Below are positions 35,050 to 45,929 of a stretch of 64,000 bases of DNA, piece by piece. The DNA lies in the IMG/VR virus record IMGVR_UViG_3300012347_000364, positions 89,019 through 153,018 of that record. One strand, 5' to 3'. Under the pieces are notes generated by a model. It was not told the DNA's origin. It made no database searches and saw only the letters and a program-made list of their open reading frames with translations. Positions within the stretch are counted from its first letter, which is position 1. The number at the start of each line of letters is the position of its first letter. The DNA is from a virus (lineage: Duplodnaviria > Heunggongvirae > Uroviricota > Caudoviricetes). The position numbers and the translations under genes are program-made.

Positions 35050-35912
35050 TGTCTACTTACTTTAGTTCCTTTCCGACGGTAGAATATAATGGGTCGTATA
35101 TTACCAATATCACGCTCCGTGCAAAATTCATCGAAGCTTCAAAGCGTATTAACCTCACATTCTACCCATACACTATAAGAGAAGGTGAACGCCCAGATCA
35201 AATCGCATTCTATTACTACGACGATCCTGCATTTTCGTGGTTGGTGTTTTTGTCGAATAACATCATGGATCCTTACTTCGAATGGCCTATGAGTAATGAT
35301 GTCATGAACAAATTCTTGGCTAAGAAGTATGGCTCAGTGTACGACTCACAACAAACGATTACAGGTTACACTAACAACTGGTTTAACGATGATCGTGAAA
35401 TCACGGCAGCTGCTTATCGCGCATTGTCAAAACAGCATAAGAAGTATTGGGCGCCCGCTAATGCAGCCAATACCAACAAGACCTACGTAAGAAAGCGCCT
35501 AGCGCTCACTTCAAATACAAATACCATCATAACGTTGACGGTTGATGATGCGACAGGGTTTGTTGTTGGTGAGCGTGTTGCGTATATCAACGGCGCAACC
35601 ATTAATAGTGTGGGTGAAGTAACGCTTGCGTCTGGCACCACGCTTATGGTACAGCACGTGACGGGCAACTGGGCACCTTTATCGAATTACAACATCGTAG
35701 GCAACACATCTGAAACCAGCGCTGTGTTGGTCAGTAAGACGGCGACGCACAATGCTATACCATCGGATGAGGCTTCATATTGGAGTGCTGTTACTGCATA
35801 TGATGAAGAGCTTAAACTAAACGAATCGCGCAAAAATATTATGCTAGTCGATAAAGAATTAAAAGCGCAAGTTGTGCGCGAAATGCAATCGTTAATGGTG
35901 GGCAATGTCTAA
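35049..35912 (+). CDS. 53: baseplate wedge subunit gp53
   Basis: YFSSFP..EY...YTIREGERPDQIA..YY......W...NNIMDP..EWP. Confidence 0.9.
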   Translation: MSTYFSSFPTVEYNGSYITNITLRAKFIEASKRINLTFYPYTIREGERPDQIAFYYYDDPAFSWLVFLSNNIMDPYFEWPMSNDVMNKFLAKKYGSVYDSQQTITGYTNNWFNDDREITAAAYRALSKQHKKYWAPANAANTNKTYVRKRLALTSNTNTIITLTVDDATGFVVGERVAYINGATINSVGEVTLASGTTLMVQHVTGNWAPLSNYNIVGNTSETSAVLVSKTATHNAIPSDEASYWSAVTAYDEELKLNESRKNIMLVDKELKAQVVREMQSLMVGNV

Positions 35913-37182
35913 AGTCAACGCTCAACCAGGTAAGGTAGTAGTATCTTCGATCAAACTTTCATCGTTTGATGGTAGTAAGCCGTCTAAAGAGATTAAAAAG
36001 CTGTGCGCCTCTATAGATATTTGGGAGGATATAAGAAAACCTGCAATTATCGTCGATATATTTGTCGCCGATGCTGTGGGCTTGGTCACATCATATCCTA
36101 TAGTAGGCGAGGAGAAGATAGAGATTACGTTAGGTTATCCTAATGCGCCTTCTACCACAATTAAGCTCGTAGTATCGTCGGTGGGTGAATTTATATTCGA
36201 TGAAACGGGTAAGGGTGGTGGATATGTCCTCAACTGCACGAGTGAAGAGGTGTGGTTGGACTCGCTCCTATCAGTGATGAAGGGATACAATACCACAGTT
36301 GATAGTATTGTTAGAGATCTTGTTACTAATCAATTAAAGTCTACTAAGCCAATCAACATCGAGCCAACGAAGGGGATCAGTCAGTTTGTGATCCCACGTT
36401 TGACTCCCTTCGAGGCTTTAGATATTCTTAAAAAACGTGCTGTGTCTACTACGAGCGCTGGGTCTCATTATATGTTCTTTGAGACTAAAAAAGGCTTCGT
36501 TTTCAAGACCATCGAGAAGTTGTTCAACGAAGGTGCGTCTATCATACAGTCTAAAAACCGCGTATTTGTGCGTGGTGATATGACTTTATCTAACACCTTA
36601 GGTCAAGTGGATAACAGCAAGTTGTTTCGCTCTATTATTAACATGCATAACGGCCGTCGCGCCGACTCATCCAACAAAATATATGACGGTGCATTGAATA
36701 ACGTCACCTATGCGTTTGATTTTGCACGTAAGCAGCTTAAGCTCGTTAACTTCTCGCTACAACAGAAGGGCAGCGATTTTGTATTGGGCGATAAGGCTGG
36801 TAAGATGCCTACGAGCACACAATTCATGCAGAAATATGGGGCAACGAATGCTGTAGCGTTCTTGGTGCCTGTAGACAGTACTAAAGGCGAAACCTTTATA
36901 TCAGACACAATAGGAGCTAAAGTTTCTTATGAATCGCTCATCAACCAACATAATGTAATTGTTGAGGCACATGGCGATTTTGATATGTGTGCAGGCGATG
37001 CCGTACAGTTAAGCATTCCCCAACAACAAGGTACGACGGGTAATATTCAAAAAGAGGACGCTCACATGAGCGGAACATACATCATTATGGCATTACGTCA
37101 CATGATCGTTATGGGACCTAACGATGGTTCAGAATATACCATGTCGATGGAATTAATAAAAGGCAACGTACAATCATCATGA
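35905..37182 (+). CDS. baseplate hub protein (gp27-like)
   Basis: Position between 53 and 5; YMFFETKKGF.F and SGTYIIMALRH hub motifs. Confidence 0.65.
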   Translation: MSKVNAQPGKVVVSSIKLSSFDGSKPSKEIKKLCASIDIWEDIRKPAIIVDIFVADAVGLVTSYPIVGEEKIEITLGYPNAPSTTIKLVVSSVGEFIFDETGKGGGYVLNCTSEEVWLDSLLSVMKGYNTTVDSIVRDLVTNQLKSTKPINIEPTKGISQFVIPRLTPFEALDILKKRAVSTTSAGSHYMFFETKKGFVFKTIEKLFNEGASIIQSKNRVFVRGDMTLSNTLGQVDNSKLFRSIINMHNGRRADSSNKIYDGALNNVTYAFDFARKQLKLVNFSLQQKGSDFVLGDKAGKMPTSTQFMQKYGATNAVAFLVPVDSTKGETFISDTIGAKVSYESLINQHNVIVEAHGDFDMCAGDAVQLSIPQQQGTTGNIQKEDAHMSGTYIIMALRHMIVMGPNDGSEYTMSMELIKGNVQSS

Positions 37183-38735
37183 CAACGAGAAACGCAGGCG
37201 ATGAGGGATTAGTTTGGTTTGTGGCTAAGATCGAATCCATTGAGGATCCGAACAAGCTCGGCCGAGTAGGTATACGCGCAATACCAAACCACGACGATTT
37301 AGCGTCTATACAGAAAAAAGACTTGCTGTGGGCTATGCCTATCATGCCCAACACCTGCTCAAGTAAGAAGGGTATGTCAGCGATCCATGGTTTAGTGCCG
37401 GAAACTTTTGTTGTAGGTTTCTATGCAGACGGTAAAGAAAAACAAATACCATTAATATTTGGTACGTGGAATGGTGAAGGCGATTTACCGCCTGAAGCGC
37501 TTGGGAATGGAACGACCGCAAAGAAGTTACCGATCGGCTACGAAAAGCCATTTAAGCATGGTGCGAAATATCCATACAATAAAGTAACGAAGACGGAAGC
37601 TGGTCATATATTTGAAATGGACGACACACCAGGCGCTGAACGATTGCATTTATATCATTCTAAAGGATCTTATATTGAGTGGGACTTCACTGGCAGTCGC
37701 AATGATGGTATTATGGGCAACTACCATCAGTCAACGGCAGGCATCCGCAACGATTTTACTAAATCCATCCACAACATAATAACTATTGGCGCGTTCAATA
37801 TTTTATCAGGCTTGTCAGCATCGATGGTCGCTGGCGCAAGTGCCTCTATTAAAGCAGGCGCCAGCGTTGATGTTACGAGTGCGTTAGCCACCTCAGTCTC
37901 GGCAGGAGGTGCAGTTAGTGTAACGGGCGGAGCTGATGTCAGTATTAAGAGTTTGGTCGATATCACCTCAACTGCTCCTATAGTAACGTCTAATGGTGGG
38001 TCTGTCACAATGACGGGCTTGAAGAATAAAAAGCAGAAATTTCAACTAGCAGAAGACTTATTCAGTTTAATAACATTTAACGATACCACAGCTGTGATGC
38101 TCGATACAACGGGAATCTCAGCCACTGCTGGCGTTACTACTCTTGAATTATTAACGAGTGGCGGTATTGCTAGCCTGAGCGGCACTTCTACATTCATTCG
38201 TGGTACTACAACTGCACAATTCATCAGTCCTGCGACTGTGATTACAGGCAATACTTCTGCCATAATTAATGCAGGCGGAATCAACACATTGACTATGACG
38301 TCGGCGGGTGCAAATTGGGTGACGGGTAATATGGATATCGTGCCGGCAGGTTATATGTCGATGCGACCTACCGTTAGCTATGATGTGCGCTCAGCCACTG
38401 TAGGAACATGGTCATCAGCAAGTACGCTGTTCGACAGTTCTGGCACGCTAACCGCATCCGCTTCAGGAGCGGTATTGGTCACTTCCCCTGTATCTGCCTC
38501 GCTACTGTCACCTGGCGGTGCTGTCACGGTCGGTGGTACGGCTCTTACCGCTACTATTGGTGCGTCTGACATTACGGTCGGTATAGGCTCAACGGGCACA
38601 GTTAATATTAGCGCTACTGGTGCAATCACTATAACATGCGCAGCAGGAATTACAATGAACGGACCAGTGCAGGTTAACGGAACCTTAAACACATCTGGTG
38701 TTTTGTCGATGGCTGGCGTACAAGTTAGAACATAA
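37179..38735 (+). CDS. 5: baseplate central spike gp5 (OB fold plus beta-helix, no lysozyme domain)
   Basis: WFVAKIE...DPNKLGRV.IR...YPYNKV.KTEAGHIFEMDDTPGAERL..YH. Confidence 0.88.
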   Translation: MTTRNAGDEGLVWFVAKIESIEDPNKLGRVGIRAIPNHDDLASIQKKDLLWAMPIMPNTCSSKKGMSAIHGLVPETFVVGFYADGKEKQIPLIFGTWNGEGDLPPEALGNGTTAKKLPIGYEKPFKHGAKYPYNKVTKTEAGHIFEMDDTPGAERLHLYHSKGSYIEWDFTGSRNDGIMGNYHQSTAGIRNDFTKSIHNIITIGAFNILSGLSASMVAGASASIKAGASVDVTSALATSVSAGGAVSVTGGADVSIKSLVDITSTAPIVTSNGGSVTMTGLKNKKQKFQLAEDLFSLITFNDTTAVMLDTTGISATAGVTTLELLTSGGIASLSGTSTFIRGTTTAQFISPATVITGNTSAIINAGGINTLTMTSAGANWVTGNMDIVPAGYMSMRPTVSYDVRSATVGTWSSASTLFDSSGTLTASASGAVLVTSPVSASLLSPGGAVTVGGTALTATIGASDITVGIGSTGTVNISATGAITITCAAGITMNGPVQVNGTLNTSGVLSMAGVQVRT

Positions 38736-38746
38736 GGGATATTCAT

Positions 38747-39169
38747 ATGGCAACAAAAGCCGATACTATTTCACCATCTGGACAGAAGAAAGTATTCTAT
38801 TCAGATTTTACTACCAATATGGACCCTCACCCCGACAAGAAGGATCTGTTAAGAAACACAAACGAGGATGCTGTTGTAACGTCTATCAAAAATCTGTTGA
38901 TGACGTTTAGATTTGAGCGGCTGAATAAACCGTTGATCGGTTCTGGGCTGCGTAAAATGCTATTCGAACCAATCGGCATTTTCACTGAGGCTGCTATACG
39001 CGAGGCCATCCTCAACACTATCGAGAATTTTGAGCCGCGTGCAAATATCACGGACTTGATCGTTACAGGCGATCCAGATAATAATTTGTATAACGTTTCA
39101 CTCACTTTTACCACCATAAATAGAGCAGATCCTGTAACTATTCAGCTTTTATTACATAGAGTCCGATAA
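38747..39169 (+). CDS. 25: baseplate wedge subunit gp25
   Basis: SIKNLLMT...ER...LFEP...IENFEPRA. Confidence 0.92.
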   Translation: MATKADTISPSGQKKVFYSDFTTNMDPHPDKKDLLRNTNEDAVVTSIKNLLMTFRFERLNKPLIGSGLRKMLFEPIGIFTEAAIREAILNTIENFEPRANITDLIVTGDPDNNLYNVSLTFTTINRADPVTIQLLLHRVR

Positions 39170-40959
39170 TGGCAAACTCATCGATTTATCTCGTAGGCTT
39201 AGACTACACAACGCTAAGAACAAATTTAGTAAACTTCCTGAAATCGCAGGATAAGTTTACGGATTATGATTTCGAAGGCTCTAACATGAGCGTGTTGTTG
39301 GACTTGCTCTCCTACAACACATACCTCAACGCGTTCTACTTGAACATGGTAGCAAGTGAAATGTTCTTAGACACTGCACAACTGAAGAGCAGTGTAGTTA
39401 GCCATGCAAAAGAGTTAAACTACCTTCCACGTTCGTATAGATCGTCCAAAGCGTATATTAATCTGTCGGTCGATGTGCAGAACGGATCGCGATCAGTTAC
39501 TATTCCTTTTGGTACCGAATTCACCACCAAGGTTGGGTCTAATAACTACACATTCAGTACATCGGAGAGTGTAGTTCTGACCAGCAATACCAACACGTTT
39601 GTTGCTACCAACCTTCCAATATATGAAGGTCAGTATGTTAGTGAGAGCTTCACTATTAATAACGACGACCCAAATCAACGTTTTATTCTAAACAACGAAA
39701 ACATTGATGTGGAAAGCTTAATAGTCGTTGGATATGAGGATCAGGGATCGACCATTGTACAATATACATACGCATCCTCTCTATTCGGTATACAACAAGA
39801 TTCTAAAGTATTTTTCCTCCAGCCTGCGAGTGAGGGTAAGTATGAAATAGTGTTTGGTGATGGTGTGTTAGGACGTAAGCCAAAAAATGGCGCGATCGTG
39901 AATGCTACGTACCGTACTGCTAGTGGGCCGGACGCTGACGGTAGTACGTTGTTTGTTAATAATGGATCGATTGACGGCCATGATCATATCACCATCACAA
40001 ACGTATCGCCCGCTCGTGGTGGTGATGTTGCGGAAGATATCGAAAGCATTAGACACTTTGCTCCTCGTTACTTCCAAACGCAAGAGCGTGCTGTTACTAC
40101 AAACGATTACAAAACACTACTTCAAACCAAGTTTTCGGAGATCAACGCTATTTCCGTATATGGTGGTGAAGATGTTGACCCACCTCAATACGGAAAAGTG
40201 TTTATTGCTGTCGATATTAAAGATGCTGATGGTGTTCCAGATTCAAAAAAGGCGGTGTATGCTGATTATTTAAAAGACAGAACGCCGTTGACGATTAATC
40301 CAATATTTGTCGATCCGGAGTTCATGTATGTTAGCGTCGAATCAACGGTTAAGTATAACGTCAACGTGACATCAGCTATTACTAATGACATTAAGACGTA
40401 CGTACAAAACGCAATCGCAGCTTACAATGCCGATGTGCTTGATAACTTCAACACATCGTTGGTATACAGTAAATTTGTACGAGCAATCGATGAAGCTAAT
40501 GCTAGTATCGTCGGCAACGATACGAACGTGTATGCTCTAAAAACTATCGTACCTACGTCTGTAGGGACAGCTCAGAACTATATCGTCAATTTCAATATAG
40601 CCCTTGATACTACTATCGACACAACCGCTGCTTCACACTCCGGCAGCTACAAGCACGTAATAAAGTCTAGTATCTTCACATATCGTGGTAACAAATCGGT
40701 GTTAGAAGATGATGGCCAAGGGAATGTGTGGATTAGTACGATTGCTGGCAGTTTACATAACCCCGTGAAGGCTGTTGGAACAGTTAACTACACGACTGGT
40801 AAAGTAACGTTAAATAATTTCGCAGTATCTGATTATGATGGATCTGCGATTAAGATATACGCCACACCTGCTTCTCGTGATATCCTATCTCAAAAGAACA
40901 CTATTCTTTCCATCAGACCAGAAGATGTGTCGATCACTGTATTAGGCGTTAAACAATAA
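39169..40959 (+). CDS. 6: baseplate wedge subunit gp6
   Basis: FTDYDFEGSNMSVLLDLLSYNTY...QERAVT.NDY. Confidence 0.95.
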   Translation: MANSSIYLVGLDYTTLRTNLVNFLKSQDKFTDYDFEGSNMSVLLDLLSYNTYLNAFYLNMVASEMFLDTAQLKSSVVSHAKELNYLPRSYRSSKAYINLSVDVQNGSRSVTIPFGTEFTTKVGSNNYTFSTSESVVLTSNTNTFVATNLPIYEGQYVSESFTINNDDPNQRFILNNENIDVESLIVVGYEDQGSTIVQYTYASSLFGIQQDSKVFFLQPASEGKYEIVFGDGVLGRKPKNGAIVNATYRTASGPDADGSTLFVNNGSIDGHDHITITNVSPARGGDVAEDIESIRHFAPRYFQTQERAVTTNDYKTLLQTKFSEINAISVYGGEDVDPPQYGKVFIAVDIKDADGVPDSKKAVYADYLKDRTPLTINPIFVDPEFMYVSVESTVKYNVNVTSAITNDIKTYVQNAIAAYNADVLDNFNTSLVYSKFVRAIDEANASIVGNDTNVYALKTIVPTSVGTAQNYIVNFNIALDTTIDTTAASHSGSYKHVIKSSIFTYRGNKSVLEDDGQGNVWISTIAGSLHNPVKAVGTVNYTTGKVTLNNFAVSDYDGSAIKIYATPASRDILSQKNTILSIRPEDVSITVLGVKQ

Positions 40960-43900
40960 TGTTGAATAAAACCTCCATTGCGTCGATAGTCGCTACACAC
41001 TTCCCATCCTTCTATCAAGAGGATGGTCCTGCGTTTGTTGATTTCATTCAAACGTATTATGAGTGGATGGAAGATACTAGTCAGACGTTAGATTACTCAA
41101 AACGTATTATGACATTACGCGACATCGATACTACAATCGATGAATTCGTTGTGCATTTTAAGGAAAAGTATTTACAAGGACTCCCTTTCAATGCTGAATT
41201 TGATAAGCGTTTCCTGGTAAAGCACATCCACGACCTTTATAGATCAAAGGGAACAGAACGCAGTATTGATCTGTTGTTCAAGATGTTGTACCGTCAAAAA
41301 CCTGTAGTATACTATCCAGGTAATGATGTGTTTCGCGCATCAGATGGTGAGTGGGTCGTTCCAAAATACATTGAATTGAGCCCATCGCCTCGCACGAAGG
41401 ATTATATCAATAAAGAGATTTTAGGAACGAATAGTGGTGCGCGTGCATTCGTAGAGAAGGTAACTAAGAAGCGTATTAATGGCAAGCTACTCGAAGTTGC
41501 TTACATATCAAACGTCCGTGGAAACTTCGAAGTCGAAGAGCGTGTCGTGCTAGCATCAAATCCTATAATCGAACGAGCACCAAAAATCGTTGGGTCGCTT
41601 ACTAGCATTACCGTATTGTCTGGTGGCAAGGATTTTAAACGAGGCGATTTGCTCGAAATCCAATCTCAGAATGGCCAGGGTGGCAAGGCACGCGTGGCTG
41701 CAGTATCTGTTGATACGGGTAAAGTTAATTTTCAAGTCGTCGATGGTGGCTTTGGTTATAGCAGCAACTCAGAAGTTTTCGTTTCGAAGCATGTGTTAGT
41801 TCTATCCAACATTGCAAACGCAAACGCTTCTATTATTGGGTTTCAGCGCTTCGAGACTGTACGACAGCCGATCGTTAGCATTGAGTATAGCAGCGCATCT
41901 AACACCTCTTTATTCACCAATGGTACAGTCGTACAAGAATACTACGCTAACGGTACGTTGTCTGCTAACGGCGTCGTGTTACACAATAACACATATAACA
42001 CGTCTACGGGGCTGTTATTAATTAGACCCGGAACTGGTAACTTAGCATTGCGCCCGCTATTGACCACTGTTGGTAATACTGGAACTATGTTAGTTGATGC
42101 GGTTGCAGACGTTACAGCAACTGGTAATGTTATATCACAAAATACAATCTCCGTTGGTGTGATTAACGTCAACAATCGTTTCTATGATTATTCCGGAAAC
42201 TATTTGTATGGTAATGATTCTAACACTACTGCTGACGTAATCACCGTGAGTGCTGGTACGGGAGCTACATTTGAAGTGGGTGCGTTGCAATATGAAGAGC
42301 AAGTGCTTGCCACTCCAGACTTTCTACGTAATCGCAATTCTGGCAATATTGCGTTTATGTCTGTTCTTCTAGACGGCACTAACTCAAACGTATCTGCTAA
42401 CGGATATGGGTTTCCAAAATACCCGACTGGTGGACTCAACACACCTCTGCAAAGCTTGATTCGTTACGAATACCAAACCATTGGTGCTATTGCTACATTG
42501 AAGGGTAAGAACCCTGGCGACAATTACAACTCGAATCCATTTACATTGGTAGTAAACCCACAGCTATCGGGATATGACGTACATGATTATGTAATGACAG
42601 TGGATACTACGTCTGGTGCGTTTATCGAGGGTGAGTTGGTACGCCAGTCGTCTAATACTATTGGGTATAACATTACTGTATCAAATACCTCTGGCACTGC
42701 AGCAAACGGCAGTCCTGTATCGAATTTTGAGATCGGCGAGCTCGTATTCCAGAGCAACGGAACAGCCAACACAGCAACTGGTGTAGTGTTAGAAAGCGGA
42801 ATTGTTGCAGGCAACGGCACAATACGTATCAGCACATCTAGTGGGACTTTTAGCAATACGTTAAATATTACAGGATATACTACAAATGCTGTTGCCAACG
42901 TTGCATTAGTTGCGCCAACGTCAATCGCATCCATTGCATTGGGTATGGTAAAGGCGCAATCGACGTCTTCTACCTTGAACATGAAGAGATTGTCGTTTGG
43001 TACTAGCTTCGTTACTGGGTTACCAATATATGGCGTAACATCCGGCGCAGTTGCTGATGTGTTGGGTGTAGGTGCAGCTAATACAGTTGCTGTTGGTTTG
43101 AATGCAGTTATATCTGCAAACGTACAAGCAGCTAACTCAGTCGTGACCACGTTAGAAGTTATCGATGCTGGATATGGGTATGTTGGTGGCGAATTTGCAA
43201 ACCTACAATCATACTCTTCTAATAATGATTCATATGTGTATGGTCAACTCAACGTTGCTCGTCAAGGGTTTTCAGAGGGATATTATAGATCATCTGTAGG
43301 ATTCCCTAGTGACGATCAGAAGTTGCATGACAACTTCTACTATCAAAAATACTCATACGAAGTTCAAAGTAAATTAGCACTTGACAAATATGCTGACGCA
43401 CTTAAACAGTTAGTCCACGTGGCTGGTACAAAAATGTTTGGTAAAGTCGTTACAACGACAAACACCGATATCCTGATCAGTACAACGACGACGCACCGCG
43501 AAGATATCTTAGATATCAGTAGTATGACGGGCAATTTTGTGGTAGGAGAAGTGGTACACCAAGGCAATACAACAGCTACAATCGTGTCGCCTGTTACTTC
43601 TACTATCACTATTGCTAATGGTGTTGCTGGCATTATAACATCGTATACTGGAGCAGCTCAACCAAATACATCATCGCCATTATCGACGGGCTCGATAAGC
43701 GAGGTGGTCGCAAACAGTACAGCTACTACTGTGTACCTGTCTGATGTTGTAGGAAACGTGTTCAACACATCAAATACAATATCATTCCATACAGGATGGT
43801 TGGCTACTATCGATCACGTATCCAATGGTAATACAGTAACGGGTAGCTTTGCTGTCGGTGAGTATGTGTATGGACCCAACAATCAATCAGGCATCGTAAC

Positions 43901-44159
43901 TGTAGCAAATAGCACGAACATCACAATTGCTAACGTATCAAGCAACTGGGCAAATAGCGGGTTTAGATTGACGGGCAATACTAGTGGCGCGAGCGCTAAT
44001 GTTGCGAGCTATACCTACAAATATTCGACACACAGCGTGACGACTGCTATAAATACATTAACAGTTAGTAATACCACGGGGTATTTCACTACCGGCAATA
44101 TTACCGGCAATACCAACACAGCAGCAGTCAGCTATGTTAATATTAAATTAGCACAATAA
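40959..44159 (+). CDS. 7: baseplate wedge initiator gp7-like
   Basis: Y.SKGT...LFKMLY...LHDNFYYQKYSYEV...LVHVAGTKMFG; located between 6 and 8. Confidence 0.75.
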   Translation: MLNKTSIASIVATHFPSFYQEDGPAFVDFIQTYYEWMEDTSQTLDYSKRIMTLRDIDTTIDEFVVHFKEKYLQGLPFNAEFDKRFLVKHIHDLYRSKGTERSIDLLFKMLYRQKPVVYYPGNDVFRASDGEWVVPKYIELSPSPRTKDYINKEILGTNSGARAFVEKVTKKRINGKLLEVAYISNVRGNFEVEERVVLASNPIIERAPKIVGSLTSITVLSGGKDFKRGDLLEIQSQNGQGGKARVAAVSVDTGKVNFQVVDGGFGYSSNSEVFVSKHVLVLSNIANANASIIGFQRFETVRQPIVSIEYSSASNTSLFTNGTVVQEYYANGTLSANGVVLHNNTYNTSTGLLLIRPGTGNLALRPLLTTVGNTGTMLVDAVADVTATGNVISQNTISVGVINVNNRFYDYSGNYLYGNDSNTTADVITVSAGTGATFEVGALQYEEQVLATPDFLRNRNSGNIAFMSVLLDGTNSNVSANGYGFPKYPTGGLNTPLQSLIRYEYQTIGAIATLKGKNPGDNYNSNPFTLVVNPQLSGYDVHDYVMTVDTTSGAFIEGELVRQSSNTIGYNITVSNTSGTAANGSPVSNFEIGELVFQSNGTANTATGVVLESGIVAGNGTIRISTSSGTFSNTLNITGYTTNAVANVALVAPTSIASIALGMVKAQSTSSTLNMKRLSFGTSFVTGLPIYGVTSGAVADVLGVGAANTVAVGLNAVISANVQAANSVVTTLEVIDAGYGYVGGEFANLQSYSSNNDSYVYGQLNVARQGFSEGYYRSSVGFPSDDQKLHDNFYYQKYSYEVQSKLALDKYADALKQLVHVAGTKMFGKVVTTTNTDILISTTTTHREDILDISSMTGNFVVGEVVHQGNTTATIVSPVTSTITIANGVAGIITSYTGAAQPNTSSPLSTGSISEVVANSTATTVYLSDVVGNVFNTSNTISFHTGWLATIDHVSNGNTVTGSFAVGEYVYGPNNQSGIVTVANSTNITIANVSSNWANSGFRLTGNTSGASANVASYTYKYSTHSVTTAINTLTVSNTTGYFTTGNITGNTNTAAVSYVNIKLAQ

Positions 44160-45922
44160 TGGCAAATCAATTAATTACAAACTATTTTAGATTGCATAAC
44201 GTAGAGCAATTCCGTCAGTCTATCACTAGTACATCCAACAGCGTGTATTATGTGTTCGTCGGTAAGCATACGCCATATGCCAATGGCGATACAAATGTCC
44301 CGACGGCATACGATACGGTAAATCAAGTGGATGTTGACAGCTACCGTAATATGGTATTCGGCAAGCGCGTGACACCAGATGACGTTAAAGTCATGGTACC
44401 GCGATATGATTGGGTATCCAATACAACGTATAGCGAGTATCGCAATACTTCTGTGTTATGGGATACAAACTTTTATGCCGGTGTAGATACAGCATCCAAT
44501 TATCACGTTTTTAAAGTGCTTGATAATAACGGAGGCGTACCTTCAACCATTGCCCCTGATTTTGCAGAGACGTCTGCCTCTGATGAATATTATAGCACGT
44601 CGGACGGATATGTGTGGAAGTATATGTATTCTGTGCCTAAGAGCCAGATGCAGAAATTTGCTACCGACGAGTACATTCCTGTTGTTCCGAACGCAAACGT
44701 AGTAGGGAACTCAACACCTGGTGCAATCGATGTTATTCGAACGACGTATGGTGGCTCAAATTACGACACATACTTCTCTAACACCTTTAGCGGAACCGAC
44801 TTGCGTATTGGTGGTAATACGGTCGTATATGGTATAGCAGCTGGCGCATCATCTAACAGCCATTTCTACAACGACAGCTATATGTACATTAAATCTGGTA
44901 CCGGAATTGGCCAGATTCAGCAGATCGTCGACTATATTGTAATCGGCGATAGTAAGCGAGTAATTTTAGACGAAGCCTTTGGCATATCGCCTGACGCCAC
45001 TTCTGAGTATGAAATAACACCAGGCGTCATTGTCGTCGGCGATGGTGATGGCGCAAAAGCTCGCGCAATCGTTAATACTGCTAGTAGTAATTCTATATTT
45101 CAAGTCGAGATGATTCGCCGCGGTAGCGGATACACATATGCTACTGCGGTTGTTGTAGGTAATACCGGCGGTGTGTCTAACTCAGCAGTGATTGTACCTG
45201 TGATTGGACCTCGAGGTGGCCACGGCGCTGACTCCGCTGCAGAGTTGGGTGGCCGATATCTGGGCATTAGTGTGACGTTTGCGAATAGCGAATCGAATAC
45301 TATACCTACAACAAACGACTATCGCACTGTGGGTATATTGAAAGATCCTAAGTTTGCCAACGTTGAAATTACGCTAGCATCCGTACTAGGCAATTTTGCT
45401 GTCGGAGAGTCTGTCGTTCAAGACGGTACCAACGCTAGCGGTATTGTCGAATCGTTTACAGGCGGCAATATCCTCCAACTCACTGATGTGGTTGGTGAGA
45501 TTACTACAGGGCGAACGTTCTCTGGCGTTAGCTCTAATGCAGTAGGTAATACAGCGTCGTTTGAGATTAATGGTCGCACAAAGACGTTTAGCACGTTTGA
45601 CCAACGCACTAAATACCAAGGGACAGTCGATAGTGGCACATTTGCAGAGGATGAGATTATATACCAATCTAGCGTATCTATCTCCAATGCGGTATTCCAT
45701 GCTAGCACTAGCGACTATGTGTATGTGACAGATCAACAAGGAATTATTAATTCCGGAAATACGATCATCGGTTCAAATTCTGGCGCAATTGCGTCAATTA
45801 CCACCATCCTACCACCTGACGTTGTGGTTGGCAGCGGACAGGTAATATATTTGGAAAATACCGATCCAATTCCAAGATCAAACGTACAGTCAGAAACAGT
45901 TAAACTAATATTGAAGTTCTAG
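44159..45922 (+). CDS. 8: baseplate wedge subunit gp8
   Basis: YYVFVG...PRYDW...FKVLDNN...DGYVWKYMY...R..VQSETVKLILKF; TATAAATA at 44048. Confidence 0.85.
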   Translation: MANQLITNYFRLHNVEQFRQSITSTSNSVYYVFVGKHTPYANGDTNVPTAYDTVNQVDVDSYRNMVFGKRVTPDDVKVMVPRYDWVSNTTYSEYRNTSVLWDTNFYAGVDTASNYHVFKVLDNNGGVPSTIAPDFAETSASDEYYSTSDGYVWKYMYSVPKSQMQKFATDEYIPVVPNANVVGNSTPGAIDVIRTTYGGSNYDTYFSNTFSGTDLRIGGNTVVYGIAAGASSNSHFYNDSYMYIKSGTGIGQIQQIVDYIVIGDSKRVILDEAFGISPDATSEYEITPGVIVVGDGDGAKARAIVNTASSNSIFQVEMIRRGSGYTYATAVVVGNTGGVSNSAVIVPVIGPRGGHGADSAAELGGRYLGISVTFANSESNTIPTTNDYRTVGILKDPKFANVEITLASVLGNFAVGESVVQDGTNASGIVESFTGGNILQLTDVVGEITTGRTFSGVSSNAVGNTASFEINGRTKTFSTFDQRTKYQGTVDSGTFAEDEIIYQSSVSISNAVFHASTSDYVYVTDQQGIINSGNTIIGSNSGAIASITTILPPDVVVGSGQVIYLENTDPIPRSNVQSETVKLILKF

Positions 45923-45929
45923 AGGAAAC